A stretch of 64,000 bases of DNA, taken from NCBI GenBank assembly GCA_944390965.1, contig CALXRW010000004.1, positions 986 to 64,985 on the forward strand. Direction: 5' to 3'. The position numbers and the translations under genes are program-made. This document shows, in pieces, positions 21,250-31,500 of this stretch. Position 1 is the first letter of the stretch. Every line of letters starts with the position of its first letter. The notes below the pieces were generated by a model that had not been told where the DNA came from, made no database searches, and saw only the letters and a program-made list of their open reading frames with translations. This DNA comes from an uncultured Clostridia bacterium (GTDB lineage: Bacteria; Bacillota; Clostridia; TANB77; CAG-508).

Positions 21250-22971
21250 TTATTCTACATTCTCTTTCAATAAATTTTCTAATATTTTTTGATCTAACAA
21301 AGGGTCTTGATTATATACTGGCTTTCCCATAGCTAGTTTTGGATAAACATGTGTTATTTGTGGGAATTCTATATTAATTAGTATAGGTTCTTTATTTAGT
21401 ATTAGTTCTTTAATGGTTGCTAGTTCTTCCTTTTGTTTAATAGAACAACTTCGAATTCCATAAGCGTTTGCTATTTTACAAAAATCTGGTATTTGATATC
21501 CTGTATTTTCTACTGTTTGTACATAATGTGAATCAAAATACATTTCTTGAAAATGACGAATCATTCCTAAAGAGTGGTTATTAAAAATAATCATTTTAAT
21601 TGGTATCTTTTCTCTTGCTATAAATTGTAATTCTTGAATATTCATTTGAAAGCCACCGTCTCCATTTATGGAAACAATCACTTTATTTTTATCTGCATAA
21701 TAGGAGCCAATTGCAGCTGGCAAAGAATACCCCATTGCTCCATGTCCACCAGAAAATAGTACTCTTTGATTTTCTTTTACCTTAAAATATTGAGCAATCC
21801 ACACTTGATTTTGCCCCACATCGGTTGTTATAATACTTTCTGCTGGTATATAGTTACTTAAATCACTAATCCATTGATGGTAATCCCTTTTATCTGTTTC
21901 TTGTAATTGTTCTTTTATTTTTTTACAATCTTGAAGCCAAGTTTCTGTATTATTTGGTTTTAATTGTCCAAGCAGTGGCAAAATTTCACGTATATCTCCT
22001 TTTATTTGCATTTCATCTTTTTTGATTTTGTTTGTTAGTTCATGTGAATCAATATCTATTCTAATTAATTTGGATTTTTGTGCAAATTTATCAGTTGGTC
22101 CTGTTTGTCTTACATCTAATCTAGAACCAATGGATATTATAAGGTCACTTTTTTCTACAATAATATTAGCATATCGTTCCCCATAAGCACCTATAAATCC
22201 ATAGCAATAAGGGCTTTGTGTCTCTATACAATCAATAGCAATCATGCTGGTTACCACTGGGACTTTCCATTTTTTTACTAAATTCTTGAATTCTTTTTTA
22301 CAATTTGCAATATTAATTCCATTACCTGCTATTATTACAGGTCTTTTTGCCTTTTGTAATTCTTGTTGTATTTTTTTTATCATATTTAATAATTCTTCTT
22401 CGTCTTTTTCTTCCTGAAAATATGTTACTTTTTCTACTGCTATTTCTTGCTTTTGTATATTAATTGGAATATCCAATAAAACTGGTCCAGGTCTTCCTTC
22501 CATACAAATATTATATGATTTTTCTAATTCATATTGTATTTGATCCTCTGTTTCAATTTTTTTAGCATATTTTGTAATTGGTTTTACAATTGAAACAATA
22601 TCGGTTTCTTGAAATCCTTTTTGCCTACATAGTAGCTCCCCTTTTGCCTCTCTAGTATTTACTTGTCCTGTTAAAAAAATGCAAGGAATCGAATCAAAGT
22701 AAGCATTTGCAATTCCTGTCATTAAATTGGTCGCTCCAGGTCCACTTGTTGCATAACATACGCCTGGCTTATGTGTTACTTGCGCTAGTCCACAAGCTGC
22801 AAAGGCAGCTCCTTGTTCATGGTAAGAAATATGTGCTTGTATTTTGTCTTTATTTTCTTCTAATGAGTTCATAATATCTGTTACCATTCCACCTGGATAA
22901 CCAAAAACATCTTTTATTCCTTTTTCAATTAAAAATTTTACAATATAATCAGAAACTTTCATGTATCTCAC
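21250..22971 (-). CDS. TPP-dependent acetolactate-synthase-like enzyme (YerE-like by context)
   Basis: VFGYPGG, HEQGAAFAA, TSGPGATN, GAMGYSLP, GDGGFQMN; inside a sugar operon, no small subunit. Confidence 0.85.
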   Translation of the reverse strand: MRYMKVSDYIVKFLIEKGIKDVFGYPGGMVTDIMNSLEENKDKIQAHISYHEQGAAFAACGLAQVTHKPGVCYATSGPGATNLMTGIANAYFDSIPCIFLTGQVNTREAKGELLCRQKGFQETDIVSIVKPITKYAKKIETEDQIQYELEKSYNICMEGRPGPVLLDIPINIQKQEIAVEKVTYFQEEKDEEELLNMIKKIQQELQKAKRPVIIAGNGINIANCKKEFKNLVKKWKVPVVTSMIAIDCIETQSPYCYGFIGAYGERYANIIVEKSDLIISIGSRLDVRQTGPTDKFAQKSKLIRIDIDSHELTNKIKKDEMQIKGDIREILPLLGQLKPNNTETWLQDCKKIKEQLQETDKRDYHQWISDLSNYIPAESIITTDVGQNQVWIAQYFKVKENQRVLFSGGHGAMGYSLPAAIGSYYADKNKVIVSINGDGGFQMNIQELQFIAREKIPIKMIIFNNHSLGMIRHFQEMYFDSHYVQTVENTGYQIPDFCKIANAYGIRSCSIKQKEELATIKELILNKEPILINIEFPQITHVYPKLAMGKPVYNQDPLLDQKILENLLKENVE

Positions 22972-22975
22972 TTTC

Positions 22976-24322
22976 TTAATTTTCAGAATTTACACTTTTC
23001 TTTATTTCTTTCATCATATAATTTAGTTTTTCATCTGTCATTCCTGGATATACTCCTATCCAGAAAGTATCCTTCATCACTCTATCTGTATTTTCCAATT
23101 TTCCTACAACACGATAGCCTTCTTGTTTTTCTCTTAAAGAATCAAAACATGGATGTTTTATTAAATTCCCTGCAAAAAGATTTCTTGTTTGAACACCATG
23201 TTCTTCCAAATATGTAGTTACTTTATTTCTATTTACTCCAGGTTTGCAAGTAATTAAAAACCCAAACCAACTTGGATCAGAATTTGGAGTTGCCTCTGGC
23301 AAAATAATTTTGTCTTCTATTTCTTTCAATCCCTCTTTTAATTTGTTAAAATTCTCTCTTCTTCTTTCCCCAAACATTGGTAATTTTTTAATTTGTGCAC
23401 AGCCAATTGCGGCTTGCATATCTGTTATTTTCAAATTATAACCAAAATGAGAGTATACATATTTATGGTCATATCCTAGTGGTAGCTCTCCATATTGTTT
23501 ATCAAACCTATGTCCACATAAATTATCTACACCAGAAGGGCAACTGCAATCTCTTCCCCAGTCTCTAAAAGATTTTATAATTTTATAGAGTAGAGGGTCA
23601 TTTGTGTAAACAGCTCCTCCCTCTCCCATTGTCATATGATGTGGAGGATAAAAACTGGAAGTCCCAATATCTCCTATTGTTCCTGTATATTTAGTTTCCC
23701 CATCAATTGTATATTTAGACCCTAAAGCATCGCAATTATCTTCAATTAACCATAAATGATGTCTATCACAAAATTCTTTTACTTCTTTTAATGGAAATGG
23801 ATTTCCTAAAGTATGTGCAATCATAACTGCTTTTGTTTTTTCTGTATATGCTTTTTCTAGCATTTCTGTGTCTATATTATACCCAGGAATTGTAATATCC
23901 ACAAAAACAGGAACTGCACCATATTGTATAATAGGAGACACTGTAGTTGGGAATCCACAAGCTACTGTAATAATTTCGTCTCCTCTTTTTACTTGTCTTT
24001 CTTTTAGCAATGGTGAAGTTAGTGTCATAAATGCTAATAAATTTGCAGATGAACCTGAATTTACACTAGCACAATATTTTACATTTAAAAATTTGGCAAA
24101 TTCTTCTTCAAATTCTTTGGTATATCTCCCTGAAGTTAACCAAAATTCCAAAGCACTATCTACTAAATTTACCATTTCCTCATGATTATATATTCTTGAA
24201 GCATAGGATATTCTATTCCCTTCTTTCCATTCTTTGTTTGTATTATGATATTTGTCACAATATTCTTCTACTAATTTTAAAATTTCTTCTTTTGCTTCTT
24301 TTTCTGTTTTGTTCTTAAACAT
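22976..24322 (-). CDS. rfbH: CDP-4-keto-6-deoxyglucose 3-dehydratase (E1)
   Basis: VNSGSSANL, EDNCDALGS, SFYPPHHMTMGEGG, WGRDC.C....N.C, YDHKYVYSH.GYNLK. Confidence 0.92.
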   Translation of the reverse strand: MFKNKTEKEAKEEILKLVEEYCDKYHNTNKEWKEGNRISYASRIYNHEEMVNLVDSALEFWLTSGRYTKEFEEEFAKFLNVKYCASVNSGSSANLLAFMTLTSPLLKERQVKRGDEIITVACGFPTTVSPIIQYGAVPVFVDITIPGYNIDTEMLEKAYTEKTKAVMIAHTLGNPFPLKEVKEFCDRHHLWLIEDNCDALGSKYTIDGETKYTGTIGDIGTSSFYPPHHMTMGEGGAVYTNDPLLYKIIKSFRDWGRDCSCPSGVDNLCGHRFDKQYGELPLGYDHKYVYSHFGYNLKITDMQAAIGCAQIKKLPMFGERRRENFNKLKEGLKEIEDKIILPEATPNSDPSWFGFLITCKPGVNRNKVTTYLEEHGVQTRNLFAGNLIKHPCFDSLREKQEGYRVVGKLENTDRVMKDTFWIGVYPGMTDEKLNYMMKEIKKSVNSEN

Positions 24323-24342
24323 TCTATTCCTCCATTTTCTTT

Positions 24343-24470
24343 TGAAAATGTCTGGCTCATTAACTTATATTTTGAAATAAAAGCTCGAACGGCTTATCTA
24401 GCTTCCGGATTACTCCTTGAACCTTGAGAGTTTTATTGAAAAATATAAGATTATGAGCCAAATATTTTCA
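24343..24470. repeat. ~128-bp imperfect palindrome (MITE-like) between rfbG and rfbH
   Basis: tgaaaatgtctggctcattaacttatatttt.. / ..aaaatataagattatgagccaaatattttca. Confidence 0.7.
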
Positions 24471-24495
24471 CTTCATATTGCAAAACTATGAAGTT

Positions 24496-25557
24496 TCATA
24501 TAGTTTCTTTTATATATTCTAGAATTTGCTCTTCCATACATTGGCTACAATTTTCGTTTTGCCTTTGTACTTTAGCAAAATCAACTGTTTTTTCAACCGC
24601 CTGCTCAATATTCCATGTTGGTTGCCATCCAAGTTCTTTTTTTATTTTAGAACAGTCCAATTTTAGAAAATTTGCTTCTTTGGGTGCATTTTCTTCTGCT
24701 ACATTAATCCATTTTATATTTTCTCCCCACTTTTCACAAAAAATAGTTGCTAACTCCCCTGTGGTAATGCAATCTTCTTCTCTCGGTCCAACATTATAAT
24801 AACCCTGTTTTTGTATATTTTCATACTGTTTCTTAGCAATTAACAAATAAGCAAAAAGTGGTTCTAATACATGTTGAAATGGTCTTGTAGAATATGGATT
24901 TCTAATTACGATATCTTTTTTAGCTAAAGCTGCTCTAATGCAATCTGGTATAATTCTGTCTTTTGCAAAATCTCCTCCTCCAATTACATTTCCAGCTCTT
25001 GCTGTAGATATAGCTATTTTTTGATTTTCAAAAAAACTTTTTTTGTAACTATGTGTCACTAATTCAGAACAGGACTTGCTATTAGAATAGGGGTCTAATC
25101 CATCTAGTTCATCTGTTTCTCTATACCCCCACTCCCATTCTAGATTTTTATATACCTTGTCAGTTGTCACATTTAAAAATGATTTTACCGTATCACTTCT
25201 TCTAATACATTCTAGTATATTCACAGTTCCCATTACATTAACATCATAAGTATAAGCTGGGTTTTGATAGCTTTCCCTCACAAGTGGCTGTGCTGCCATA
25301 TGAAATACAACTTCTGGTTTTGATTTATTAAATGCTTTTTCTAATTCTTCTTGGTTTCTAATATCTCCTATGATACTTTCCATATTTTCTTCTATTTGCG
25401 CTAAAGAAAATAAGCTAGGATTTGTAGGTTGCAGGGCAAAACCTGTTACATTGGCACCTGCTATTTCTAAAATTTTGCATAACCAACTACCTTTAAATCC
25501 TGTATGTCCTGTTATAAATACTCTTTTATTTTTAAAAAATTCCATTTGATTCTTCAT
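24496..25557 (-). CDS. rfbG: CDP-glucose 4,6-dehydratase
   Basis: ITGHTGFKGSWL, HMAAQPLVRESY, TTDKVY, PYSNSK, RAGNVIGGGD. Confidence 0.93.
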   Translation of the reverse strand: MKNQMEFFKNKRVFITGHTGFKGSWLCKILEIAGANVTGFALQPTNPSLFSLAQIEENMESIIGDIRNQEELEKAFNKSKPEVVFHMAAQPLVRESYQNPAYTYDVNVMGTVNILECIRRSDTVKSFLNVTTDKVYKNLEWEWGYRETDELDGLDPYSNSKSCSELVTHSYKKSFFENQKIAISTARAGNVIGGGDFAKDRIIPDCIRAALAKKDIVIRNPYSTRPFQHVLEPLFAYLLIAKKQYENIQKQGYYNVGPREEDCITTGELATIFCEKWGENIKWINVAEENAPKEANFLKLDCSKIKKELGWQPTWNIEQAVEKTVDFAKVQRQNENCSQCMEEQILEYIKETI

Positions 25558-25558
25558 T

Positions 25559-26338
25559 TTATTCATCATCCCATACTTTCCATGGAGCATTTCCAGATTC
25601 CCATAATGCTTCTAATTGCATTTTATCTCTTTGTGTATCCATACATTTCCAAAAGCCATGATATTTATATGCCATAAGTTGTCCTTCTTTTGCAAGTTTT
25701 TCCAATGGTTCTTTTTCAAATGAAGTCTCGTCTCCTTCTATGTAATCAAAAACTTCTGGGTTTAATACCATATAGCCAGCATTAATATAACTACCATCCA
25801 TTTGGTCTTTTTCTCTAAAAGACATAATTTGATTATTTTCAGAAATGTCTAGTACTCCAAATCTTTGTCCTACATTCACAGACGTGATAGTTGCAATTTT
25901 ACCATGTGACTTATGAAACCTGATCAAGTCATTCATATCAATATCGCTTACGCCATCTCCATAAGTAAGCATAAATGGTTCATTTCCAATATAGTCTTTT
26001 ATTCTCTTAATTCTACCACCTGTCATTGTTTTAAGTCCAGTTTCTACTAATGTTACCTTCCATGGCTCTGAATGATTGTTATGTACAGTCATTTCATTAT
26101 TGCATAGGTCAAAAGTAACATCAGACGTATGTAGATAATAATCTGCAAAGAATTCTTTAATCACATAGCCTTTATATCCTAAACAGATAATAAAATCTTG
26201 AAATCCTCTTTGAGAATACTCTTTCATAATGTGCCACAAAATAGGTTTATCTCCAATTCCAATCATTGGTTTTGGTTTTAAATGACTTTCTTCTGAAATT
26301 CTTGTCCCAAATCCACCTGCAAGTATAACAGTTTTCAT
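25559..26338 (-). CDS. rfbF: Glucose-1-phosphate cytidylyltransferase
   Basis: LAGGFGTRISEES..PKPM, TMTGGRI, LTYGDG, GFWKCMDT.RD. Confidence 0.95.
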   Translation of the reverse strand: MKTVILAGGFGTRISEESHLKPKPMIGIGDKPILWHIMKEYSQRGFQDFIICLGYKGYVIKEFFADYYLHTSDVTFDLCNNEMTVHNNHSEPWKVTLVETGLKTMTGGRIKRIKDYIGNEPFMLTYGDGVSDIDMNDLIRFHKSHGKIATITSVNVGQRFGVLDISENNQIMSFREKDQMDGSYINAGYMVLNPEVFDYIEGDETSFEKEPLEKLAKEGQLMAYKYHGFWKCMDTQRDKMQLEALWESGNAPWKVWDDE

Positions 26339-26366
26339 GGCGTATTCCCTCTTTTCTTTTTCGTTT

Positions 26367-26430
26367 TAAGTAATTTCTTCGAAGAACGGGCGATTAAAAT
26401 CGCCCCTACATTTTTTCATAAATTACTTTA
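26367..26430. repeat. ~65-bp composite REP element (outer stem plus GTAG hairpin)
   Basis: aagtaatttcttcgaagaac-gggcgattaaaatcgcccctaca-ttttttcataaattactt; degenerate copies near 27272, 35450, 55831, 57272. Confidence 0.75.
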
Positions 26431-26496
26431 CACTATCTTCTTTTTCGTTTATTTTATCAATTCCAGACCTAAAAAGTCAACTATTTACCTATATAT

Positions 26497-27252
26497 TTAT
26501 CTTCCCATAAACATCTGCACATAAATTTTTCCATATTTAGGACTATTTACTACACCAATTCCAGTATAGTTATAACTATTATTTAAGATATTTGCTTTAT
26601 GCCCTTCTGAATTCATCCATGCATTGACTGCACCAGAATTTTTGGAATTTCCGGCAATATTTTCTCCTGCTGTTTTATAGCTAATTTTAAAACTTTTTAT
26701 CATATCAAATGGGCTTCCATAAATAGGTGAAGTATGGGAAAAATAGTTATTATCTACCATATCTTGTGCTTTGATTCTTGCCACATTTTGTAGCTCACTA
26801 TCTATTTGTAATGCTACCAATCCTGCATTTATTCTTTGCTCATTAATCAAATAAAATACTTCTTTTTCGTCTTCTGTTAGTAAATTTATAGTATCGGTTC
26901 CTGTAATGTTATTTTGATTATTTTGTGTTGTGTTCCCTGAATTTGATTTTATGGGCTTTACATATTTTTTGCTTACAGCTCCAACTATATCCTTATCTGT
27001 TTGTATCACATACCAATCTCCAATTTGTGCAAATACTCTAATATATTCATTCTTTGGTATTGTTCCTACTATTTTGTAATTAGTACTTGGACCACTCCTT
27101 ACATTTAAAGTAGTTGCTGTTACTAATCCTGTAACAAAATCTGTTTCTTGATAATGTGTCATTCCAAATACTTGGTAAAAATAAAACAACAGGATACACA
27201 TAATTATGAATCCTGTCGTTTTTATCATTTTTCTCTTTTTCATAAACATCAC
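26497..27252 (-). CDS. SH3b + CAP/SCP domain protein (YkwD-like)
   Basis: LNVRSGPSTNY; LINEQR..GL, YFSHTSP.YGSPFDM, AGENIA, WMNSEGHKANIL. Confidence 0.88.
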   Translation of the reverse strand: MMFMKKRKMIKTTGFIIMCILLFYFYQVFGMTHYQETDFVTGLVTATTLNVRSGPSTNYKIVGTIPKNEYIRVFAQIGDWYVIQTDKDIVGAVSKKYVKPIKSNSGNTTQNNQNNITGTDTINLLTEDEKEVFYLINEQRINAGLVALQIDSELQNVARIKAQDMVDNNYFSHTSPIYGSPFDMIKSFKISYKTAGENIAGNSKNSGAVNAWMNSEGHKANILNNSYNYTGIGVVNSPKYGKIYVQMFMGR

Positions 27253-27386
27253 CCTTTGCCTATTTTGCTTTTAGTAATTTCTTTGAAGAGCGGGCAACTA
27301 AAATCATTCCCACAATTCCCACATATTATTTTATGCTATCTTTTTAGTAATTCATATTCAATTAAAGTAATGTTTATGCTTAGATT

Positions 27387-27917
27387 TTAATAATTATACA
27401 TATGCTGGTTATATGTTTTCAAAGGGATATCTTGGTCATCTCCTTTATATGTTAAAAGTTCTTCCACTCCAACTTGCCCACATGGTTTTATCCAAAATGT
27501 ATCATCTAAATAGCTATATTTTAGAATAACAGACTGTTCTTCTGAATATAAGTAGTATACCTCTAACCAAGCATTTGGTGTAGAAATGTAGCACTTACCA
27601 GTATCATATTCCTCTGGAAGATTTACCACTTTAGATAAGACATTTGTTTCTACAATATTATTTTCTAATTTATAATTATCTTCTAAGATATCTAGCACTG
27701 CTTCTGCATTTTCTTCTGCTACGTAATTATTATATTCTTGTATACAAGCAATTGGTAAATCATATATTTCAGAATCATCTTCTCTTAACTGTCTTATTTC
27801 TGTATTAATAATATCAGTTTCGTCATCTTCTTCTGGAATATTTACTTTCATCACTACTATGGTAATAATAAGAATCAATAAGACAGCAATTAATGCTATA
27901 TATAGCTTCTTGTTCAT
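27387..27917 (-). CDS. N-terminally membrane-anchored protein, NTF2-like paralog 1
   Basis: Single TM; QEYNNYVAEENAEAVLDILEDNYK; similar to neighbour. Confidence 0.6.
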   Translation of the reverse strand: MNKKLYIALIAVLLILIITIVVMKVNIPEEDDETDIINTEIRQLREDDSEIYDLPIACIQEYNNYVAEENAEAVLDILEDNYKLENNIVETNVLSKVVNLPEEYDTGKCYISTPNAWLEVYYLYSEEQSVILKYSYLDDTFWIKPCGQVGVEELLTYKGDDQDIPLKTYNQHMYNY

Positions 27918-27995
27918 TTGCTTCTCCTTTCTTTTTCAAGAGGCTCTTTATAAAAGCCTCTTTTCATTAAAATTTTTACATCTTTTTGAATTTAT

Positions 27996-28529
27996 CTATG
28001 CTTGATATTCATATACATTATACAAGTTAGGAGAAACTGATTGATTGTAAATTTTTGAAGTGAATTCCTCTGTTGTTAAATCTCTACATGGTATAATTGA
28101 GAAGGTTCCTTGACCATAATCCATTTTCACAATAACTTTAAAATTATTTTCTCCTTCTACATAGTAATTGGCAATTTCTACTGTAATATCTTGTTTTACC
28201 ATAGAAGAATAAGCAAAATTTTCATCTTGTTCTTGCAAGTTTATCATCACACTGTTTATTTCTTTCTGTTGTACATACTCTTCATCTAAAATTCCTGCTA
28301 ATTTATCTGTATCCTGTTTTTTTAATGTATCAATATATGTCTGCACACACCATAATACTGTATTTTTTTCTCCTTCATCTTCTACTTCTACTTTATCTTC
28401 TGAAACAGTATCTGTTTCTTCTCCCTTTTCTGGATTTGCATATTCTCGATATCTAAAATATAAATTTATAATAACTAATATAACAGTTAGAATAATTAAT
28501 ATGATAAAAATATATTTTAATTTATTCAA
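27996..28529 (-). CDS. N-terminally membrane-anchored protein, NTF2-like paralog 2
   Basis: Single TM; QTYIDTLKKQDTDKLAGILDEEYV; shares TF.I.PC and YN.Y with paralog 1. Confidence 0.6.
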   Translation of the reverse strand: MNKLKYIFIILIILTVILVIINLYFRYREYANPEKGEETDTVSEDKVEVEDEGEKNTVLWCVQTYIDTLKKQDTDKLAGILDEEYVQQKEINSVMINLQEQDENFAYSSMVKQDITVEIANYYVEGENNFKVIVKMDYGQGTFSIIPCRDLTTEEFTSKIYNQSVSPNLYNVYEYQA

Positions 28530-28530
28530 A

Positions 28531-31500
28531 TTAATTTCCTCCTCTTCCTGTTACTCTCAAGGCAAAATTATATTTACTAAAGTTTGTTGATATAGTATCT
28601 GCTCTAATAGAACTATTGCTTCCACAACTATATGATCTACCATTTCCTGCATATATTTCAACGTGGTGTGAACCTCCCGATTCATATACTACTAAAATAT
28701 CTCCTGGTTGTAATGTACTAGAATTTACTGGTGTAATCATTTGCCATCCATATTTATCACATAATTTCTGCCCATTTGATTTAAACCAAGAGCTACTTTT
28801 TTGTGTCCCAAATTCTTGATATCCTAGTTCATATAATACCCAACTTACATATGCACTACAGTCAATTACTTTACTTTCAGTTCCACTACCTAAGTCCTTA
28901 ATATTATAATGTGATCCATACGTAAACCTATTATCCCTGACATAATCATGTAATTGTTTTGCAACTTCTAGTATATCTCCATTTAGTAAAGTATTTGAAC
29001 CTGTTGGTGGCCAAGCTACTTCGACGGTTCCTGAAATTTCTCCTGTATTAACATTAGTAAATATCTGGTAATAACTGTTTCCTTCTCTCTTAATTGCCCA
29101 GGTTTCATCTCCACCCCAGAAGTATTTTTTAAACTTCTGCCAATATCCATTTCTAAAATCTTCTAGCGTAGATGGATTTTTTATTCCACTTGGTCCTTTA
29201 TTATATGATCCCAATCCTTTAAACCAGTTACCATCTGGCCAAGGGTAGAATATATAAGATCGAACTACATGGCACCCACATTCTATTTGTAAGCTTGCAT
29301 TTCCTCTCATTGCACTTGGGGAACAATCTTTTACCACTCTATTTCCATCTACATCTACTAATGTCTTATTTGGTACTGCATGATATTTCATATGGCATTG
29401 CATTAATCCATAAGCAATTCCATTGTCAGAATCTAAACGTCCACTGGATTCCACACAAATTACTGCAACAATAGCATATGGGTCTAAACCATATCGAATT
29501 GCCATTTCTGTTATTTCTGCGCTATAATCATTCCATACTTCAAGTGCTAATCCCTGTAGTTTTGACATATCAAATATAACTTCTGTTTTTTCCGGTGGAT
29601 AAATATATCTTGGAACAGAAAGATATGCTAATTTTTTTTCTCCATCTTCATTTTCGTCTTCCTCAGACGGAATATTTTCTGTTGCATCTTCATTATCCGC
29701 ATCGGATGCTGTTAAATCTTGTCCTCTTAATAATAAGCCAATATCTACACCTTTTTTTGTTTTTCCTATTTGAGTTCCTGCTTCAATAATCGTAGTATCA
29801 TCTACTTTTAAATTACTATCTACTTCAAGACCAAATATAGTAAGGGTTGTTCCATTTACCTCTGGATCCCATAAAGGATCAATGTCATCTGATAATCCTA
29901 ATTCTTCTCTCTTTTTAGCTTTATATTCTTCCAGTTCTGTTTCTGTCATATCTTTTGTGCTTATTTCTGTCATAACATATTCTGAACCATTCCAGGTTCT
30001 TTTTGTATAAATCTCATGTTTAATTACATTTCTAAATTGAATAGTTAAATAATCTTCTCCAATTTTTTTAATAACACAATTTCCAGGTGCAACTAGAATA
30101 TCCCCACCTTCAAATCCATATACAGTTTCTTCTGTTTCTTCGGCATCTTCGGTATCTGTGGTATCATCTGTTCCTGTTGTAGGGCTATTTGTGTCTGTTG
30201 TATCATCTGTTGCATCATTTATACTACTATCATCAGTATCTTCATCTGTATTAGTTGTATTTTCTGTATCCCCTTCTCTTTTTGCTGTCACTTTATAAAT
30301 GTACCTAGAGCCTTCTTCATTATCTTCTGTTTTTGGTGTTTCTTCTTGTGATGGCCACTCATATGATGGAATATATCTTTGGAATATCCATTGTAATGAA
30401 GTATTTTTTTCGTATTTTGTTGCTTGTTCTTCACTACTGTCTTCTAATTCAAAACCAATGTCATTAAATAATTCTCTTAAATTTTTTAGTAAATGTTCTG
30501 CATCTTCTGTTTTAGTAGATTCCAAAATAGACATTGCTGTTAAAGAATTTTTTGTTGGAGAAATTTGCCTTTTTTCTCCTTCATTCATTCCTGTTCCATT
30601 ATAGATATAATATTTTGCTTTTTCTGCTACTTTAGCTTCAAAAACAGCTAGTTGATCTTCATTTTCTACATCTACTGTTTCTCCATCTGTATATTTTTTA
30701 ATTATTCTTGTATCTACTACCCCTAATAATTCTTTAATAACTGCTGAATTATCATATTGTATTGGTTCTCTTACTTGCCTTAAATCTTCCGCTTGTGTTC
30801 TTAGCACAGTATATCCTTCACCAGAATCAAGATTATACTCATCTAATTCTCCATCTGTTAGTCCTACTTCTGCTGAATAACCAGATACTATTTCATAGGC
30901 AGATTGCTCTCCTGAATTTTGTGTGCCTTGTAAATTATCTAATCCACTATCTATGTTTTCTTCATTTGTCAAAGTAATTCCTAATTCATCAACAGCCCTA
31001 TTTAGAAAAGTTTCCATTTGGTTGCAAACACCTTTAATCCATCCTTCTGGTGGAACACAATATTTTCCTTTTATTGCAATGTCACCAACGGAATAATATC
31101 CTTTTCCAAAATAGTTCCCACTACTTTCTCCACTAATTAATTCTCCAAATGCTAATGTTGCTTCAGAAAAACTTGAGAATCTATTCCATGTAGTTCCATT
31201 TTTATCTTTATATCCTCCTCCTCTGCTTCCTTGCGTACTCATCCAGTTGTGTGTGCTTGAATCAATTAAATCCCAAGAAGTCCCTGCTCCAGATTCTTTA
31301 ATGGCAACAGATGCTGCGAAAAGTGCATTGATTCCATATTCATTTTGTATTTGCATAAATGCATCAGCTGCTCCTACCAAGTTGCTTGCTCCTTGAGCAT
31401 CACTATAAGTAGCTAAAATCTTCTTTAAATCATCAATATTTTCTACATATGGTGCTGCTCCAGGTTCATCTATTTTTACAATATACCCTTGCATTGCTTC

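Noticed and set aside
21250-22971. ilvB for branched-chain amino acid synthesis
   Set aside because: No ilvN/ilvC/ilvD nearby; it is embedded in a CDP-sugar operon.
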